Positions 27,671 through 41,248 of a stretch of DNA of 64,000 nucleotides are shown piece after piece. The position numbers and the translations under genes were made by a program. A model generated the notes under the pieces. It was not told the origin of the DNA and searched no databases. It saw nothing but the letters and a program-made list of their open reading frames with translations. This DNA is from Octopus vulgaris. Lineage: Eukaryota. Numbering within the stretch: position 1 is the stretch's first letter; each line of letters opens with the position of its first letter. The DNA lies in the NCBI GenBank assembly GCA_951406725.2, contig OX597824.1, forward strand, positions 41,664,001 to 41,728,000, read 5' to 3'.

Positions 27671-27929
27671 GGTTCGGACTTTTCTTTGTTTTTTCTTTCT
27701 CTAATAATAACACCTCAGCAGAGACTGATCAATTTTTGTTTATTCGTTGTTTGGAGAAACGAAGTCGGTTGCTGTTTTCAATGATGCATGTAAGGTAGGA
27801 GTCACCATAAGGAGACTCGTGGGGTTGGTGTCGGTACTGGCAATAATGTTGGTGGTATGTATGTATGTATGTATGTATGTATGTATGTATGTATGTGTGT
27901 ATGTATGTATGTATATATATATATATATC

Positions 27930-28140
27930 GTTAATCCAAACAAGAAAACACAGAAAAAAACACAGCAACGCGAGGACGTGGAACAATTAAAGTATTATTT
28001 GACGCTCAGGAAAGAAGGGAAGGAGGGTTTAACGTTTCGAGCGGAGCTCTTCGTCGGAAACAAAGGAGAAGGAAAGATCCCGAGAAGGGAAGACAGAGGA
28101 AAAAAATTTTTTTGCTGGTGGTACTCAAGAGATCACATGT
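27930..28140 (-). mobile_element. Hammerhead-bearing mini-element, copy 5
   Basis: Minus strand GTTT-CCGACGA-A-GAGC-TCC-GCTC-GAAA-CGTT-AAAC. Confidence 0.8.
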
Positions 28141-28217
28141 TGAAAGGATATATAGATATATATATACACACACTCACACACACACACATACATATATGTA
28201 TGTATATATATATATAT

Positions 28218-29077
28218 GACTTTGATAGGTTTCGGCCTGTATAAGCCCAGGCCATGTCTAATTTTATAGCCCCACCTGGTGAAGTCTTTTAGTCATATTT
28301 GGAGCGCTATGGCTTACTCTAGTAAAGAGTTATTATTGTTGGAGACATATCCGGGAGTAGGAGGTTGGTCCGGGAATATTTTGAAGAAATTTGTCCCGTG
28401 AACATTTGAATTTATGGAATCCGTTTCCGTTTTGACGTATTTTGGTATGGTATTAAAGAAAGCTGGACCGGTTGAAGTAAAGTAATTGTGACGTAATGTT
28501 GCTATGTGTACCGATTTCGAATTTTGTATTGGGCGGATAGCACGGGGACTAAGTCATGGATGGATTTTAAAATTGATGCCAACATCATTTGTGCAATATT
28601 GATGGAATATTTTCCACTTCAGACAAATGATTAGCGTTCCTGGCGGCGTTGGAGAGAGTAGAGATTTGAGTTTTTTAGTCGACCCCAATAGTCAATGCCT
28701 CTCATACCGTTTATTTTTCTTCTTATTGACCTTTGGGGCTCCTCTACTTTTATAATATGTTGCTTCTTATGGGAGGGGGGACTACAGTGGGCAACAGTGT
28801 TCAAGGTGGGGTCGGGTACAAGTAGAGCAGAAAAGGATGATGGTGTAGGTATCTCTAGACCGGGAAGTTCTCAGAATCCAGGAGTACATCTTGTGGGCCA
28901 AGTCAACCTCGCTGTTTACGTGGGAACTCCAGGATAGATTGTTATCAACAATTACTCCAAGGTCTCTGGTATTGTTGGATGACACAAGGGAGTCGCCCGA
29001 GAGAAGAGCATATGGTAATTTCAGAGTTTCTTTTTTTCCAAAGTGGATCAAATCAAACTTATCTTGATTTAAAAGCA
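28218..29077 (-). mobile_element. CR1/L2-group LINE 3' end (RT C-terminus and 3' UTR)
   Basis: NQDKFDLIHFG..TRDLGVIVDNNLSWSSHV..WILRT..TRPHLEHCCPL; 3' hairpin ggcctg..caggccgaaacc. Confidence 0.85.
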
Positions 29078-29280
29078 TATAGGTGAGCTGCAAGATGCAG
29101 GAGGAAAGCGTGAGAGAAAATTGTGGTGAAAGAGTCAGCAGACATTCGCCGTTACCTTCTGCCGGAGCCGCATGGAGCTTAGGTGTTTCGCTCATAAACA
29201 CACACATCGCCCGGTCTGAGATTCGAATCCGCGATCCCTCGACCGCGAGTCCGCTGCTCTAACAACTAAGCTATGTGCCT

Positions 29281-29282
<2 letters not shown>
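29078..29282 (-). mobile_element. SINE family C
   Basis: Reverse complement of the 8279 head. Confidence 0.85.
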
Positions 29283-29324
<42 letters not shown>

Positions 29325-29704
29325 TAATATTTAGCAGAAGCAACAGAGGACTCAAAGCAGGAAAGTTTCGTGCGTTAACACTTATCAAACTTACTAGGTT
29401 GATGGCGGTGGATATATCTAGCAGGTCTAGGAACTACGCAGGGGTTTCTACTTCGAATCGTAGAGTTTTCGGGAGTGGGTTATGATAGTAATGTGCTGTT
29501 ATTTCGTAGCCCTAGGTGAGCCACAATCAAAACTAGTCCAACCAAGAACATAGCGGCTTTTACAGCTATAGTATATTTTAACACTGCGTTCTCCTGTTCC
29601 TTTCTAGTTTTGTAAGGCAGTAAAGTGTGTTGTCAGAGAAATTTGGCTCTTATTTAGGGTAAGTTTGGTAATCACTTGTAAGCTCTCTTATTGACTCATC
29701 ACTA

Positions 29705-29722
29705 ATAGTAGTAGTAGTAGTG

Positions 29723-29792
<70 letters not shown>

Positions 29793-30019
29793 TAGTAGAA
29801 GTATTAGTAGTAGTAGTAGTAGTATTGCAATATCAATAATACTACTAGTAATCGTAGTAATATTAGTAGTAGTAGTAGTGGTAGTAGTAGAAGTATTAGT
29901 AGTAGTAGTATTAGCAATATCAATAATACTACTAGTAATCGTAGTAATATAAGTAGTAATAGTGGCTTTAACGATTGTAGTATTAGAACCAATGATAATA
30001 TTACTAGTATGAAAACTTA

Positions 30020-30057
<38 letters not shown>

Positions 30058-30148
30058 ATAGTGCCATCATTGTAATAGTAGTAGCAGCAGCAGCAGTAGC
30101 AGTAGTAGTTATAGTAGTAGTAGTCGTCGTCGTCGTCGTAGTAGTAGC

Positions 30149-30180
<32 letters not shown>

Positions 30181-30186
30181 AAGTAC

Positions 30187-30263
<77 letters not shown>

Positions 30264-30790
30264 TTGAAGGTGGTGGTGCTCTAGTACCATCATTTGTGTT
30301 AGAGAAGGATGAAATCTTAGTAACTAAAACATCAGCGTTGTCTTTTTTCACGAGTCACACAGAATGACTCATGTAGCGGTGGTGTTGGTAGTGGTGGTGT
30401 TGGTGTTGTTGGTAGTATTGGTTGTAATGGTGTTTGTAGCGGTAGTGATTGTAGTGATGGCGGTGGTGCTGGTGGTGAATGGTTATGATGGTGGTGATGA
30501 GGATCATGTTGTGTTGGTGGTGGTAGTGGTTGTGATGGGGGTAGTGGTGGTGGTAGTGATGGTGGTGTTGTGACGGTGATGGACATTGTGAGAGTGATGG
30601 TGGTGATGGCGATAATGATATTGATGGCGAGGGTGATGGTAGTCGTAGTGGTGGCGATGGTGATGGGGATTTTGATTGTGTAAGTGGTGACGCTAGTGGA
30701 CGGTTGTGGTGATGGTGTGGTGTTATGATAACGATAGTTGTGGTGGTGATGGTGGTGGTTTTGAGGTGGCGGTGGTGGTGGTGGTAGTAA
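29705..30790. repeat. (TAG)n array with higher-order duplication, followed by a degenerate (GGT/GAT)n tract
   Basis: Direct repeats; the unit gcaatatcaataatactactagtaatcgtagtaatat occurs twice. Confidence 0.95.
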
Positions 30791-30829
30791 GAAGCTTAGT
30801 AGTGTTTAAGTGGTGACATTATTTGTGGT

Positions 30830-31830
30830 TAAGGCGGCGAGCTGGCAGAATTGTTGGCACGCCGGACAAAATGCTTAGTGGCATTTCGTCTGTCCTTACG
30901 TTCAGAGTTCAAATTCCACCGAGGTTTACTTTGCTTTTTATCGTTTCAGGATCGATAAAATAAGTACCAGTTGAACACTGGGGTCGATGTAATCGATTTG
31001 GACCCTCCACCAAAACTTCAGGCTTAGAGTAGAAAGGATTATTAGCTGTGGTTAAGTTGGCGAGTTGACAGAATTCTTTGTAACCCGGACGAAATGCCGC
31101 CAAACATTTCGTTCGTATTTACGTTCTGCGTTCAAATTCCGCCGAGGTAGACTTAGCCTTTCATCATCTCTGGATCGATAAAATAAGTACCAGTTGAAAA
31201 CACTGGTGGTGGTGGTGGTGGGGTATCTATGTAATTGACTTCCCCCCTTCCCTGAAAGTGCAGGCCTTGTGCCAAAACTTGAAACCATCATCGGGTGTGG
31301 TAAGTACTGGTTGTGTAATGAGACCGATGTGATCGACCAGCCCCTCCCTAAAATGTGCCAGTAGTAGAAAGGGTTATCAGTACTGGTAAAAAAGGCGGCG
31401 AGCTGTTAGGACCGAACAAAATGAATAATGGAATTTCGTCCGTCTTTACACTTTGAGTTCAAATTCCGCCAAGGTCAACTTTGCATTTTATCCTTTCGAG
31501 TCGATAATATGAGGACCAGTGAAGTACTGGAGTTGATATAATCAACTTCACCCTTTCCTGAAAAATCGTTCGTTTTGTACAAAACTGGAAACCATTGGTA
31601 GTAGTGGCAAAATAGAGGGCGATCCGACAGAATCGTTATTACGTTGGATAACGTGCTCAGTGGCATTTCTTCGGGCCTTTACATTCTGAGTTCAAATTCC
31701 GCCCAAATCAAGTTGCCCTTTTATCCTTTCGGGGTCGATAAAATAAGTATCAGTTGAGTACAGGAGTTGATTTAATCGACGAGACACCTTCCCTAAAAGT
31801 TCAGGCCTTGTGCCTACAGTAGAAAGAATT
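30830..31830 (+). mobile_element. Head-to-tail cluster of about four to five SINE family B copies
   Basis: Repeated ggcg(g)cgagctg..gagttcaaattccgcc..ttttatcctttcg..gtcgataaaataagtaccag..ggccttgtgcc. Confidence 0.88.
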
Positions 31831-32441
31831 GTTAACAGTGGTACCAGCGGTTAGTCCCACTTAAACGCTAATCTCGCTAATCTATTAACATAGACATATT
31901 CAAACGAAGATTTAAAATTGATTTGTAAGATTTACTCACTTGTTGCTTAACCCACATTCTGTATGGCACACATTCTGTATTGCAAGTGAGTTCATCGCCA
32001 TCGCCATCACTGTGAAGAAAGTTGACCGTGAGGAAAGTCTACTGAGAAAATATATCCGTAGTATCTCATCATTAATAGTTAAAAACTAATTTATTAAAAA
32101 CAAACAAAAAATAGAAAACGAGAGAAAAATTGAAGTTGAAAAATTATATCAAAAAGTTCATACGGTATACTTTCCCTGTGATGAATTGATGACGGTGAAA
32201 TTAGCGGGCATGCCAATGCTGAAGTAATATGCGGTCCAAAAAAATTATGGCACACATCACCTTCGGAAACACTTCTGTAAAGGGTTGCTCGAGCTGTTAT
32301 AAAAGCAGCCAAGTCTATCTCTAATCAGTTACCTCCCACTCATACAATGACGGACCTCTTACTCTGCTTCCAGATACAGGAATTTTCAGAAATTTGAAAT
32401 TACCAGAAACCCGGGAATACTGTGCAATATATTGTACCCCG

Positions 32442-32840
32442 AAGGCGGCGAGTTAGCAGAAACGTTTACACGCCGGGCAAAATGCTAAGCGGTGTTTCGT
32501 CTGCCTCTACGTTCTGAGTTCAAATTCCGCCGAGGTCGACTTTGCCTTTCCTCCTTTCGGGGTCGATTAAATAAGTACCAGTTACGCACTGGGGTCGATA
32601 TAATCGACTTCTTCCGTTTGTCTGTCCTTGTTTGTCCTCTCTGTGTTTAGCCCCTTGTGGGTAATAAAGAAATAGGTATTTCGTCTGTCTTTACGTTCTG
32701 AGTTCAAATTCCGCCGAGGTCGACTTTGCCTTTCATCCTTTCGGAGTTGATAAATTAAGTACCAATTGCGCACTGGGGTCGATCTAACCGACTGGCCCCC
32801 TCCTCCAAAATTTCGGACCTTGTGCCTAGAGTAGAAAAGA
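32442..32840 (+). mobile_element. Young dimeric SINE family B with a 14-bp TSD
   Basis: AATATATTGTACCC at 32426-32439 and 32840-32853. Confidence 0.93.
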
Positions 32841-33769
32841 ATATATTGTACCCTGTATTGAGTGAGAAGACCCTGTTTTTGAAGCTGGTTAATTTGCCAT
32901 ACAGTGTGTTAAAAGTAGTTTTATTCTTTACATTTCTGTAGATTGATAAAAATTAAACATGCTCTGCTTTAGAAAAGCGTATTAATTTGTACCTGTGTTT
33001 GTGAAATAAAATCAGGTTCTTTATTTTTCCTCCTTTAATTTTCTTCCTATTGACATAATACTATATATATGGTACAGTATGATATATCATAAGAATCTGA
33101 AGCGAATTAATAAATATCAAATAGGTCCTGCTTTAGAAGTGTATTAATTTGGATCTTTTAAATACTTAGTTCTCTGCTTTTCATAATGTATATTATATTA
33201 TATTATATTAAGGCTGTTTTCAGGAAACCGAAAATTCCAGAAATCCAGGCCACTTCCAGTCCAAAGCTTGTCGGATATTTGGTCCGTTAATGTGTAAATA
33301 CGGTCAGAACACATTTGGTAATGTTGACTTACATAAGCTAAAGCAGAGGGGATGGCCAAAGGCTAGAATACTGAATCAGAGATGACTTGGGATAAACAAC
33401 AACAGCACAAAATAACAAGAAAACATCCAGAAAATTGAGTAAATTCATGCCAGTAGTGTAGCATCTGTGTCAAGTTCCATTATCCATAACCTTCGTGTCG
33501 ATCAAGCCTTGCATGTGAAATCGAGCTGAAAGAAACCCGAGTGGTATTCATCGGGTGGATGGTAACTGTTATTCAAATAGCCAGCTTTGTCGTACACTGA
33601 CCGTCGCACTGATTTTACATGAGAATTATGCTAAGGGTGTATGTAACTTTGGAATACACAGCCACTTAGAGTGAGCATAATTTTTATGAGTAGTTAGTTC
33701 AGTTGATGAAATAGCAACTGCATTATACCTCGGTGAAACCGTTGGAGGTTAATTTTAAATATTTTGCTC

Positions 33770-34140
33770 ATATCTAGAGTTCATTTGCTTGATGGTACCA
33801 ACATATATACAGTACATATATTGCATGCTGTTCTCAACAAAGCATGGAAACAATATTCAACGAAAGAACGTTATGGAAATATCCCCAACATATCATCAAT
33901 CGAGAGTGGGGGATAAGATATGCTGGTCACTGCTATCGAAGCAAAGATGAGTTAGTGAATGAGTTCAGTCAGTGTCCTGAGCCATGGGAATTATCATGTC
34001 GGACGATCCAGAATGACGTATATTGATCAACTCCCTCGTGATATCGAGTTACAAATAGAAGAGCTCAAAAATGTCATGGAAGACAGGAACATTTGGAGAG
34101 AAAGAGTGGTTTCCTTCCGGGTAAGCCGCTCGAAATAACG
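33770..34140 (+). pseudogene. RTE-clade LINE 3' end
   Basis: AVLNKAWKQ..YGNIP; IRYAGHCYRSKDELV; TYIDQL..EELKNVMEDRNIWRERV. Confidence 0.85.
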
Positions 34141-35444
34141 GATAGAGTTAATTTACTCCGTTTTAAGCGGATTAGGGTAAATCTAAAAAAAAAAAGGTTT
34201 CATTATCATCTTTCTTATTTTAGATTGTGTAATTGGTTATATATATTTGTTTTTATTTATTTTAATTTTTCAAGAAAGAATATTCTGAAAGGCCCTCTGG
34301 ACTGGAAAGATCAATGTAATTATCGATCTATTTATATTATTTCTGTTAGGTCGATGATTGTAGAAGAAAAGATGGATAATCAAACGTGTCAGAGAGATGC
34401 CGTTCTGGAGGGCAGGCATGCTACAATACGTATACCACCAACTTTCATATTCAACTTATTAATCATTATTGTTACGTTAATACCGAAAGTGATTTTTTCT
34501 CCTCCACCCCTAAGATAGAACACTTCGATCATAAATTCACTCGTGCGAGAAGAATATTTACTATGCCCCAGCTAACAATTTCTCTATTCACAAATTAATG
34601 ATGGCGGTTTTAGTCAATAATTGTTACACTAACACATTTAATAGTTATTATACAATTAGTACAGTTTAAGTAGAAAATCGGACATTAATAGCAATCGGCA
34701 ACAAATCTCAATTAACATATATACAGTGATTAAAATATCATATTAGAAACATCAAATACGCTCAAACTACAAAATGGATGAAAAGCTCCCAGTTGCATCA
34801 TAGAGATGTTATATGTGCCAGAACTAATGAAAAAGCTCAAGTTGATGAACGAGTATATACGTGGCCATTCGGCCTGCGAGAAATAGATGCAAAAATTCCC
34901 TCAAACCACACTATGTTGTTTAGGGGAAAAGAAAAGAAAAACACACGGGTGGGTGTGTTTTTGTAAACACATTTTTGGCCTGTCAACGAAAAGTAGATAT
35001 TTTGGATAAATAATGTGTGTTTTTTTATATATATTCGAGACGATCATCCAGTTTAGTTTCCCCGTATTTTATTGTTCTGTCAAACAATGTTATTCATTTC
35101 TAGATTAATGAAAATAGCGACCTTTAGCTATTTAGAGTACAGTCGGATTTCTTACCAGGCTTCCAGAAATCCGGGAATACTGTGAAACGTCATGTTATAT
35201 ATTGTGCCCAGTACTGACTAAAGGGATCCTGTTTTTGAAGATGGTTGATTTGCATACTATCTGTTAAGAATACTTATGCTCTTTCACATTTTTATGTGGA
35301 TTGATAAAGATTAAAGACGCTCTGCTTTTGGAGTGTATTATTTTGGAACTGTTTCTGTAAAATAAAACCTTGTTCTTTATTTTCTTCATTTAATTTTCAT
35401 CCTATAAACATTAGGCTGTATACACGATACAATATCATATACTC

Positions 35445-35670
35445 TTTTACTATATTACTTGTTTCAGTTATTTCACTGCAGCCAAACTGGAGCACCACCT
35501 TGAAGGATTTTAGTGGAGCAAATCGACACCAGGACTTATTTCCTAAGCCTAGTACTTATTTTACCAGTCACTTTTGTCGAGCCGCTAAGTTACAGGGATG
35601 TAAACTCACCTATACTGGTTGTCAGGCGGTGATGGGTGACAAACATAGACACAAAAACTCTTCCTTTTCA
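35445..35670 (-). mobile_element. SINE family A 3' half
   Basis: ttacttgtttcagt..ctggagcacc..gcctagtacttatt..ccgctaagttac. Confidence 0.82.
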
Positions 35671-35819
35671 GTTGTATAGTTGAAAGGCCCTTTTCTATAT
35701 GTATGCGTGTAATTTTTTTCTGTTGTAATTATATTATTATTTTATCACTATCTTGTATGCGTACAATTGTTATATTTTTAGCTTGTATTGTTTCTTTTTG
35801 TCGTTGTATACATTCATAA

Positions 35820-36030
35820 GCTATTCCCAGGGGCTTCTTGCTCTGGTGCTGCCAAAAGCGAAGTGGTATCAATGTCAAAAGCGCGAAACCACTGGAATAT
35901 CTTAAAAATTGACTGATGAGGAAGCAGCTGCGAAATTTCCGTATATTATCATCTTGTTTATTTTCCCGCTTGTCTTTGTTAATTTTTCTGTTGTTATGTT
36001 TTCGTCAAATTTTTCTATTCAGCCCTTGAA
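35820..36030 (+). mobile_element. PLE-type terminus with a degenerate hammerhead core
   Basis: CTGATGA(35913)..GAAA, T-rich tail ending at (TA)n. Confidence 0.4.
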
Positions 36031-36057
36031 ATATATATATATATATATATACATATG

Positions 36058-36164
<107 letters not shown>

Positions 36165-36165
36165 A

Positions 36166-36238
<73 letters not shown>

Positions 36239-36906
36239 ATGAAAGTCTCTATGAGAATTGCTTAATATAGATTTAAAGTGTAAAAGTGATTTTTAAAAAA
36301 TAGTCATTTTTTAAAAAAAGTTATAAAATCTTTGATCAAGATCTTACTTAACGTTTTTGGGAAGAAGTTTTTTCCTTGTGTGTGACGGCTTTCGATTAAT
36401 CTTATATTTATATAAAAGACACGGGTACAAACAGTGTTGTAAGCAAACCCATATACACGCACACAAAGAACACATACTAAACACATAGACACACGTACAC
36501 ACAGACAAGCACACACACAAACACAGATACAGACGCAAATGAATGTGCTGATAGGGATACATACCACAGAAAGACAAGTTGGAGTCAGCAGAGCAAGAGG
36601 AAACACGTAAGCTAGAGTCACTGAAGAGGTGACAAGATATGTGAAGAAGGGGCTTTGACAAAGAAACTGAAATGATAACGATAAAGCAGATGTAAAACAT
36701 ATAGTATGTATGTTTAATTGGCGATAGATGACCGTCCCCAACCATAACAATATCTGTTTCAACACACAATTTCAAATCGAGATGCTTGCAAAACAACTGC
36801 ATATACGTATATACATACACATATACATACATACATACATGCATACATACATACATACATGCATACATACATACATACATACATCCACACATACATACAT
36901 ACATAT

Positions 36907-36986
<80 letters not shown>

Positions 36987-37195
36987 CAGTGCGTGTGATT
37001 TCTTTGGCATAAAAAAACGACCATCCCGAAATACAACAATATCTGTTTCAATACACTTTTTCACATCAGGAATCTTGCAACACAAAGTCATAAAAATTAC
37101 ATGTGTGTGTGTGTATACATTCATACATATATACATACATACATACATACACACACGCACACACACACAAGACACAGACACAGACAGACAGTCAG

Positions 37196-37237
<42 letters not shown>

Positions 37238-37472
37238 CATACATATATGTGAAAAAAAGTTCAAGTAGAACAATTCAAACTTTTTGAGGAGTCCAAAAAG
37301 AGAGAAAATAATTTCTAATAAAAATTAATCATATTCAGAAATATCCTGCTAGAGCAAGCAGTAAGAATATGAAAATAACAAATTGAAAAAGTTTGCCAAA
37401 GGTTTAAAGATACCACAGACAATTATAAAAATGGAGAAAAGATGTAAAAAAATCAGAAATGGATTTAACAAG

Positions 37473-37568
37473 TACATACGAACGTTTCAAAGCGTAATAC
37501 AAATATGTAATAAAAAATTTATAATAATAATTATAATTAAAGTTATATATTGTCATTCTCATCAGTGT
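37473..37568 (-). ncRNA. Hammerhead-like motif with a long AT-rich stem-II insert
   Basis: Minus strand ACA-CTGATGA-[~70 nt]-GAAA-CG-tt-CG-TA-TGT. Confidence 0.55.
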
Positions 37569-37832
37569 GAAGAATTTAAGGGAAAAAAACATGAGAAAAA
37601 ACATAATACTCTTTTAGTCTTTTACTTGTTTCAGCCATGCCGCTGCGATCATATATGGAGCAGCATATATATTAGCTTCACAGGATGGTCAGGCTTGGGC
37701 GACCAGCTAGGTTCCTGTGACAAGTTGCATGGGGATGAATCAAGCTATCTCTTAAGTATTGATATAAGCCTTACCAAATGAGCTGAGTGCCTCTTTCATT
37801 TGTCCGTTCGCTCACTCGTGTGTATGTGTGTG

Positions 37833-37888
<56 letters not shown>

Positions 37889-37892
<4 letters not shown>

Positions 37893-38092
37893 CTCCAAAC
37901 ATAAACAAAGAGAAAACACAATGCGAGGACGTGGAACAAGTATAATGTTATTGGACGGTCAGGAAAGAAAAGGAAAGAAGGAGGATTTAACGTTTCGAAC
38001 GGAGCTCTTCGTCAGAAACATAGTAAAAGGAAAAGTCCAAGGAAGGGAAGACGGAGAAAGAAAATCACCAACGATACACACGTGGTCACAAT
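37889..38092 (-). mobile_element. Hammerhead-bearing mini-element, copy 6 (core intact at 37984-38019)
   Basis: Minus strand GTTT-CTGACGA-A-GAGC-TCC-GTTC-GAAA-CGTT-AAAT. Confidence 0.82.
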
Positions 38093-38125
38093 GTGTGTGA
38101 GTATGTATATATATGTGTATGTATC

Positions 38126-38176
<51 letters not shown>

Positions 38177-38231
38177 GTGTGTGCCAAGTGTGTGTTGCGT
38201 ACCGTTACTTAATGAATGAAAAAAAATGCAT

Positions 38232-39291
38232 TGTAAATAAACAGCAACAGATAAAAAAACATACGTATAAGACACAGGGGGTACCTAGTTCTTCATTAGT
38301 TATTAACCAAAATGGTAATATTCAGTTTCGCACCATTAATGATAAAACTGAGGGCTTCCCATATTGGCGGTGCCAGCGAAAGACGCTGAGAATCGGGCCT
38401 CAAGCAAAAAGACGACACAAAGTAGACATACAAAAGTGAAAAAATATATAATTTAAGGCGATGGGTAAAGACGAAACGAGCAAAATAGAGCCTTAGGGCC
38501 AAAAGACAAGAATGGTAGGCAACGCTTAGAAGAAATCCTGAACGATATAGACAAAACCAAATAGCAAGAGTACTCATTTTGCGACCGAACCGTTGGGCGG
38601 CCGGTGTAAGAGAAAAAATAAGGGAAGAAATGGGGGAAAGGGGGAGGAGAAATAGAAGTAACAGGATGAGAGAGGAATGAATTTTTCAATTATTATGTAA
38701 CTGTACGCAACACCACTTGACGTTTATTAACTGTGTGACTCTACTCGTGTATGACTCTACTCTTTCTCCTTTTCTCTCTCGCCTTGTTACTTCTATTTCT
38801 AGCCTGTCCACTTTTCCCTTTCTCTCTCTCTCACCCTCTCACTTTGCAGCCTTTCTCCCCCCCCTTCTCCCTTTATTTCTTTCTCTTATTTTCCCTCTAA
38901 CTTCTCTCTTTCGCTCTCTCTCCCTTTCTTCTCTGTCTGCTGCTGATACGCGATCCGTGGCCAGTTTTCCTTCATTCTCTCTCCGTCGCAAAAAAATTTC
39001 TCTGTCATGCTATTTGTTGTTGTCTATATCCTACAGGATTTCTTCTAAGCTTGTCTTTTGGCTGTATTTTGCCCGTTCGTCTTTGCCCATCGGCCTAAAT
39101 TACATTTTTTATTTTCGTATGTCTACTTTGTGTCGTTTTGTTTGCTTGAAGCCCGATTCCCTGCGTCTTTCGCTGGCATCACCAACATTAACGGTGCAAA
39201 ACTGAGTATTGCCATTTTGGTTGATAATTGATGAAGAACTAGGGACCCTCTGTGTCTTATACGTATGTGTCTTTTATCTGTCGGTGTTGAT
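38232..39291. repeat. Diverged ~300-350-bp inverted repeat (38232-38590 / 38983-39291)
   Basis: For example catacgtataagacacag versus ctgtgtcttatacgtatg, and acgacacaaagtagacatac versus gtatgtctactttgtgtcgt. Confidence 0.85.
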
Positions 39292-39309
39292 ATATTTCAT
39301 TCTTTCTTT

Positions 39310-39726
39310 TATTCTTTCACTTGTTTCAGTCATTTGACTGCGGCCATGCTGGAGCACCGCCTTTAGTCGAGCAAATCGACCCCAGGACTTATTATTTGTA
39401 AGCCTAGTACATATTCTATCGGTTTTTTGCCAGCATCAGATGTCAAGCGATGGTGGAGGACAAACACACACATGCATACATACTTACATACATATACATA
39501 CATATATATGTATACATATATATACATACTATTTTTTTTACTCTTTCACTCTTTTACTTTTTTCCGTCATTTTACTGCGGCCATGCTGGAGCACCGCCTT
39601 TAGTCGAGCAAATCGACCTTGTAAGCCTAATACTTATTCTATCGTTCTCTTTTGCCAAACCGCTAAGTTACGGGGATATAAGCACATGAGCATCAGTTGT
39701 CAAGCGATGTTGAGGGGACAAACTCA

Positions 39727-39764
<38 letters not shown>

Positions 39765-39935
39765 TATATATGACGGGCTTTTTTTCAGTTTCCGTCAACC
39801 AAATCCACTCACAAGGCTTTGGTCGGCCTGAGGCTATAGTAGAAGACACTTGCCCAAGGTACCACGCAGTGGGACTGAACCCAGAACCACTTGGTTCGTA
39901 AGCAAGCCATTTACCACACAGCCACTCCTGCACCT
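39310..39935 (-). mobile_element. Two tandem SINE family A copies (one partial, one full)
   Basis: Reverse complement of family A; the 3' end occurs twice. Confidence 0.9.
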
Positions 39936-39945
39936 ACATAACTCT

Positions 39946-40016
<71 letters not shown>

Positions 40017-40162
40017 AAGAATATGAGAAGTTTAGTTCACCGATGCTCTAAACTAATTGGTATGCTGCTGCATAAGTGCTGTAATTGGCCATCCGTTAGC
40101 TTCCAATTTCACAACTGAGGCTGGAGTTTGGAATCCGTAGTAGGCTTCTGAGTCAGTAGGTA

Positions 40163-40318
40163 TATATCAAAAGAAAAGGACAACAAAACCAAGGCAGGGC
40201 GAGCATCTCAGGTCATTTAGAATATTTAATTAGAGATTTACCTATACTCTAATTGAATATTCTAAATGAGTTGAGGTGCTCGTCCTGCCATGGTTTTGTT
40301 TTCCTTTTCATTTAATAT
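40163..40318. repeat. Fold-back (~70-bp arms)
   Basis: aacaaaaccaaggcagggcgagcatctca..tcatttagaatatt versus aatattctaaatga..tgaggtgctcgtcctgccatggttttgtt. Confidence 0.88.
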
Positions 40319-40523
40319 GTATATAGGTATGGTGATGCAAACAGGAAAAATAAAAGTAAAAATTTGAGCGTATGTATATTTTTATTAATATTTAGTGGAA
40401 ATAACAGAATGGCTCAAAGTCAGTGAATTTCGTGCGTTGTCACTTATCACTTTTATATACATACATACATGCATCTATGTATGTATGTATGTATGTATGT
40501 ATGTATGTATGTATGTATGTATG

Positions 40524-40554
<31 letters not shown>

Positions 40555-40792
40555 GTATGTATCTATCTATCTATCTATCTTTATATAGCTTACTGCTCCG
40601 ATATATGTTGGATCAACAACAAAAAAGAAAAGTACTCCATCCAGTGAGAGATGAACATCTGTTTATTTGATATTTATATGATATATACATATATACATAT
40701 TTTGTTGTATCTGGGGAGAGTCATTTTGTTTTTGTGCCTTATAATTTAACACACTCACCGGTAAAATTTCCACTTATTTCTTATTTTTATTT

Positions 40793-40832
40793 TCCTGAAA
40801 TTTTCGTTGCGTCTTGCAACCTTTTCAGTAGT
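40793..40832 (-). ncRNA. Variant or degenerate hammerhead-like core
   Basis: Minus strand CTGAAAA-g-GTTGC-aagac-GCAAC-GAAA-ATTTC. Confidence 0.35.
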
Positions 40833-40870
40833 CTTAACTCATATAAAGAATCTTGCAAACCAAATCCAAA

Positions 40871-40934
<64 letters not shown>

Positions 40935-41180
40935 CATATATCATTTATATATCAACGGTCCGGAAGAGTTGAGGGCAGCAGTGGCAAACACCTGCACACA
41001 CGAAATGGGCCAATAAGCAAGAGCAAAGTACACACAGAACAAGTGATATGAAATCCCACCATTCTGAAGAATGATATGAAAGGAAGAATGATATGAAAAA
41101 AAGTACAAGATCACAGTAGTGCTCCAGCATGGCTGTAGTCACAATGGGTGAAACGAATAACAGAATAAACGTATAAAAGA

Positions 41181-41237
<57 letters not shown>

Positions 41238-41248
41238 ATATATATATA

